Positions 60,382 to 64,000 of a stretch of 64,000 nucleotides of DNA are shown piece by piece. Every line of letters starts with the position of its first letter. The stretch's first letter is position 1. A program made the translations under genes and the position numbers. This DNA comes from Heterodontus francisci (Eukaryota). The notes under the pieces are model-generated. The model worked only from the letters and a program-made list of their open reading frames with translations. It did no database searches and was not told the DNA's origin. The DNA lies in contig NC_090404.1 of assembly GCF_036365525.1 (NCBI RefSeq), positions 26,992,149-27,056,148 of the forward strand. The letters are read 5' to 3'.

Positions 60382-62299
60382 CTGTAATAGAGACAGAGAG
60401 AGTCTGAGAGAAAGAGGGAGGATTGCGTTTGTGAGTGAGCGAGAACAGGGCAGTTTCTGTCTGACTCCCAACAAAATCATCCATTTAACAGTTTTTTTGG
60501 TGAATTTTATGGCTTTGACACATGATCCTACGTGGAAAACTATCGCTTAATTTCTGGACACTTTTTCCTGTGTTTAAAATGACATCAGGATTTAAACTAA
60601 GACTGGTCAGTAACATTGAAATGTAAAATAATACAATCAAACATAATGGAGAACAAAAAGGCATCAGAAACCCATCGACACAAAAATGGGAGCATCAAAC
60701 AGACAAGAAAAATAACATCAGGAACATATTGTGGAAGATATTTAAGAGGGTAAATAATACAATAACTAACATTACAGTGCAATCTAACAGGAACACAGGA
60801 AAAACTTGCATTTACAACAGATTATATACAGCTCAGGACCTAAAAGGCGCTCATCCAATGAATTACTATAAAATGATTCACAGTTGGTGATTTCTTTTTT
60901 CTTAAATCAATTTGTTCGTAAAGATTCTTAAACGGAAAGAACGGAATGGACAGTTAGTGTTTCCTCACTATGCAGAGGAGATATAGTTTAAAATGCAATG
61001 ATAACTCCAAGCACTTCTCCCGTTGTTCAGCTGAGAACTTGGGTGTCAATCTGTACCAGCGGAAGTGGTGGATTATGAGGTCCTAATTGAACAAGGGTCC
61101 CTCTGACAGTGCAGCACTTCCTCAGCACTGCGCTACGCTGTGCTGTCAGCATAGATGTCCAGCCTTGTCCCATAGTGGCTATTGAAATTAAAACTTTTTT
61201 ACTCAGGTGTGAGAGATGCCACCAGTTATGCAGCTTCACAAATATGGAGAGTAGATTGAAGGTGGCAACAGTCTGTTACATTGTTGGAGGCTTGGAGCAG
61301 AAGGATCATTAGGGACTCAGCAGCCAGCTCTGTAGGACATTTAGCATTAGCGAATGTGGAACAGGAAAGCCGGGCTGAAGCAGTGTGAATTTGAGACTGA
61401 GAGTAGAAACACTGCGCTCTGTGAGTTCAGGATAAGTACAGATTCATTCACAAAACAGTCGCTTGTTGCATTGCTTGTATTTCTGTTAATAACTCAATTC
61501 CTAATAATGTTCCATCAATGAATTCACTCATTAAATACAACCAGGAAATATTTAATTGTTGAATAATTTCAATCAGTGCAAATCAGACAGTCGTTGTCAA
61601 TGTCAATGTAGAACTCGTTGTACACTGTGGTAACAGGCTGATAGTTCACTCACAGTAACAGTATCAATAAGACAATAGAGCTACATTTACACCATGATAA
61701 CAGTGTAATAATTCACCCACAGTAACAATGACAGCAACACAAAAGAAATACATTGATACCATGATAACGGTGTGCTAAATCACCCAGAGTAACAGTGGAA
61801 ATAACGCAATAGAACTGCAATTACACTATGAAATGGCACACGTAAAGGGGAGAACTTATACAGTTAGAAGCAATATTACACCATTTAATGGGAAAATTAT
61901 ATCACTGAAGTGGAGAAATTGTGCTGCCGAAGTGGATGTGATACTTGAAAGCGGGAGTAATTACACTCGTAATGTTAAGAGATCATACCAGTAATGCTGA
62001 GAAATGACACTTCTAAAGGGGAGAGGTTATAACATCAATGACAAAAAAAATCAGTAAATTTCGAAGAAATTATATCATTAAAATGGAGAAACAATTCTGT
62101 TAAAGTAGAAAAATTATCTGGTAAAATAGGAGAAATTGCAACAATTGGAGGGAAGAAATCTTACCACTAAAAGAGAGAAATTATTTCATTGAAGGGGAGA
62201 AAGACTATCCATAATCTGGAGAAACGCTCGTTGTAAGTAAGAGCAGTGACAAAACTAATCAATAATTTTCAAAACTAATAACTAACCGCAATACTTTAC

Positions 62300-62369
62300 C
62301 TGGAATCCCAATAGCTGCAAGGACAGGATAGTAAATGGCAAACACCAGACCTTTTATTGATCCGTGCAT
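62300..62369 (-). CDS. GPR139-like GPCR copy 3, exon 1 (MHGSIKGLVFAIYYPVLAAIGIP)
   Basis: ATG at 62369 and donor CCAG|GTAAAG; identical to copy 2 exon 1. Confidence 0.9.
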
Positions 62370-62419
62370 TTCTATTAGAAGTTCTGAGCAGGTCTAAACT
62401 GCACTCAAAGATTGTCATA

Positions 62420-62455
62420 TTTATACCTGCTGTAAGGCTCCAGGGAGATAATTAG
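62420..62455 (-). promoter_or_regulatory. GPCR copy 3 promoter: CTAATTA-TC-TCCCTGGAG followed by TATAAA
   Basis: Identical to the copy 2 promoter. Confidence 0.55.
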
Positions 62456-64000
62456 ATGGTTCTATCTTTTACATTGATTACACTCAATGAAACAAGCAGA
62501 TTAGTGCAGCAGTTGCCGGGCTCGTGTTCTTGTTTTGATGGAATGGAATATTTTTCAAGGGACCTGACATGGCTCTAAGGTGAAATACTCAAACTACAGT
62601 ATAATCCTAGATACAAATAGCATAATGAAAAGTTTAATAGGCAGCTGCAATGGTGAAAGTGAACCTTGCATATGAGGAATCCACGGGTTTAAATAATTTA
62701 ATACTGAGTTAAGTGCCCTCAGCACAAGGCATAACTGATCAGAGATATACTGGTCCGAAAGGAAACTGTGGCCAAGTTCTCGCTCTTGATCACTATTCAG
62801 CTCCAGTCTGTGCGATCCCAGCTCCAAATCTCTCTGAGACAGTGCATCCATTTCAACACAACTGTCTGCATTCAGTATGGGCAGGTCTAGGTCAGCACAG
62901 TGCTTTCAGTGTGCACAGGTAAAAATGTGCACGTTTATGTCTTGTGTGTAACTGTCCAGTTCAGCACGCTTGAGTTCAGCATTGGTCAAGTTTAGTACAG
63001 TTATATTCAGTGGATAAATGTTCAGTTGAGCACACAGCATATCGTATGGACTGCTTGGTGTCGGTGCACTTATATGCAGTGTCATCAGTTCAAGTTCAGC
63101 ATGGTCTTGATCTGTGTGCACAGGTTTGGTTCAGTACGATTACATGCAGGGTACACAGGTTTCGTTCACAGGGGGAGGGGGGTGGTTGCGGTGGTGGTTG
63201 GTGAGGAAGAGAATAAAGGGAAGGTGTGTGATAGGGCAGAGGGATGGAAAGATTAAATAACAAAGCTCCAGTTCTGCATTGTTACTTTCAGTGAGGTATC
63301 TACAGTTCCATCCAGTTGCATTGAACGTGGACAGGTCACGGTTACTGCCAGCAAGATCTTGCTCAGCTCAAGGTGTTTACATCCAGTGTGCAGATGGCTA
63401 GATGATTATGGTTACTGCCAGTCTGTACTGCACGGTTACTTGCAGTGTGGAGGAGTCCAGTTCATCAGGGTTGCAATTATCCTAGAAACGTCCCAGTTTT
63501 GCATGGCTACATTGAGTGTGGACAGGTCCAGATCTGCATGCTTGCATTTAGTGTGCAGAGATCCAGTTAAGTGAGGTTGCATTCATTACGTACAGGCTTT
63601 GGGGAGTCAGGAGGTGATCTACTCATGACAGAAATCCCAGCCTCCGACTTGCTGTTGCAGCCATTATATTTATATGGCTGGTACAGTTTTTATGGTCGTT
63701 GAATGTCAACCTTTGGGACAGGATCCTTTTATTTCTTGATGTCCTTCTCCAGCAAGGCAGGCATTTGTTGTCCCCCTAATTGCCTTTGATTGGTGCCATA
63801 TCCAACAGCATAGCTGTCACTAGAAGGCCTACAAACCGTTCTTACATGTCTTAGCTTCTCTTTTTTTCAGTATCTCTACCCATACAGATTCACTTTTCCA
63901 CGCTTCAAAGCCAATATACTTCCTCAACTACTGTACTTTGATCATTTAGTGTCAGGGTCACTGAACCTCGTTTTTTATTTCGCATGTCCTTGCAAGATGT

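Larger units (their letters stand above)
57846..64000 (+). repeat. Recent segmental duplication, copy B (integrase remnant, V-SINE, GPCR copy 3 and upstream region)
   Basis: Near-identity with 40937-47082. Confidence 0.95.

Overview
Eukaryotic, repeat-rich genomic DNA, most likely from a cartilaginous fish. The evidence is HE1-type V-SINEs, CR1 LINEs sharing their tail, Deu-domain SINE remnants and Penelope-like elements. The core of the window is a tandem cluster of two-exon GPR139/GPR142-like orphan class A GPCR genes on the minus strand. Three copies look intact: join(24798..25705,27704..27773), join(42553..43463,45382..45451) and join(59471..60381,62300..62369). There is also an orphan exon 1 with a GTG start (3090..3159) and a decayed plus-strand copy (about 19364..20240). 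The 70-nt first exons are missing from the ORF track. Each sits behind a conserved promoter with a TATA box, O/E(EBF)-like sites and homeodomain sites, resembling olfactory-receptor promoters. The genes lie in segmentally duplicated units, the last two about 99% identical at an offset of about 16.9 kb. The units carry unit-specific insertions: CR1, L2/CR1-type, RTE, Penelope-like elements with minimal hammerhead ribozyme motifs, Gmr1-like Gypsy, solo LTRs and MITE-like elements. A separate block (13.4-24.7 kb) holds a tandem tRNA-Glu(TTC) array and C2H2 zinc-finger remnants. An LTR retroelement with a tRNA-Ser primer-binding site and an open gag-like ORF runs off the left edge. All comparisons were made by eye and no database searches were run.
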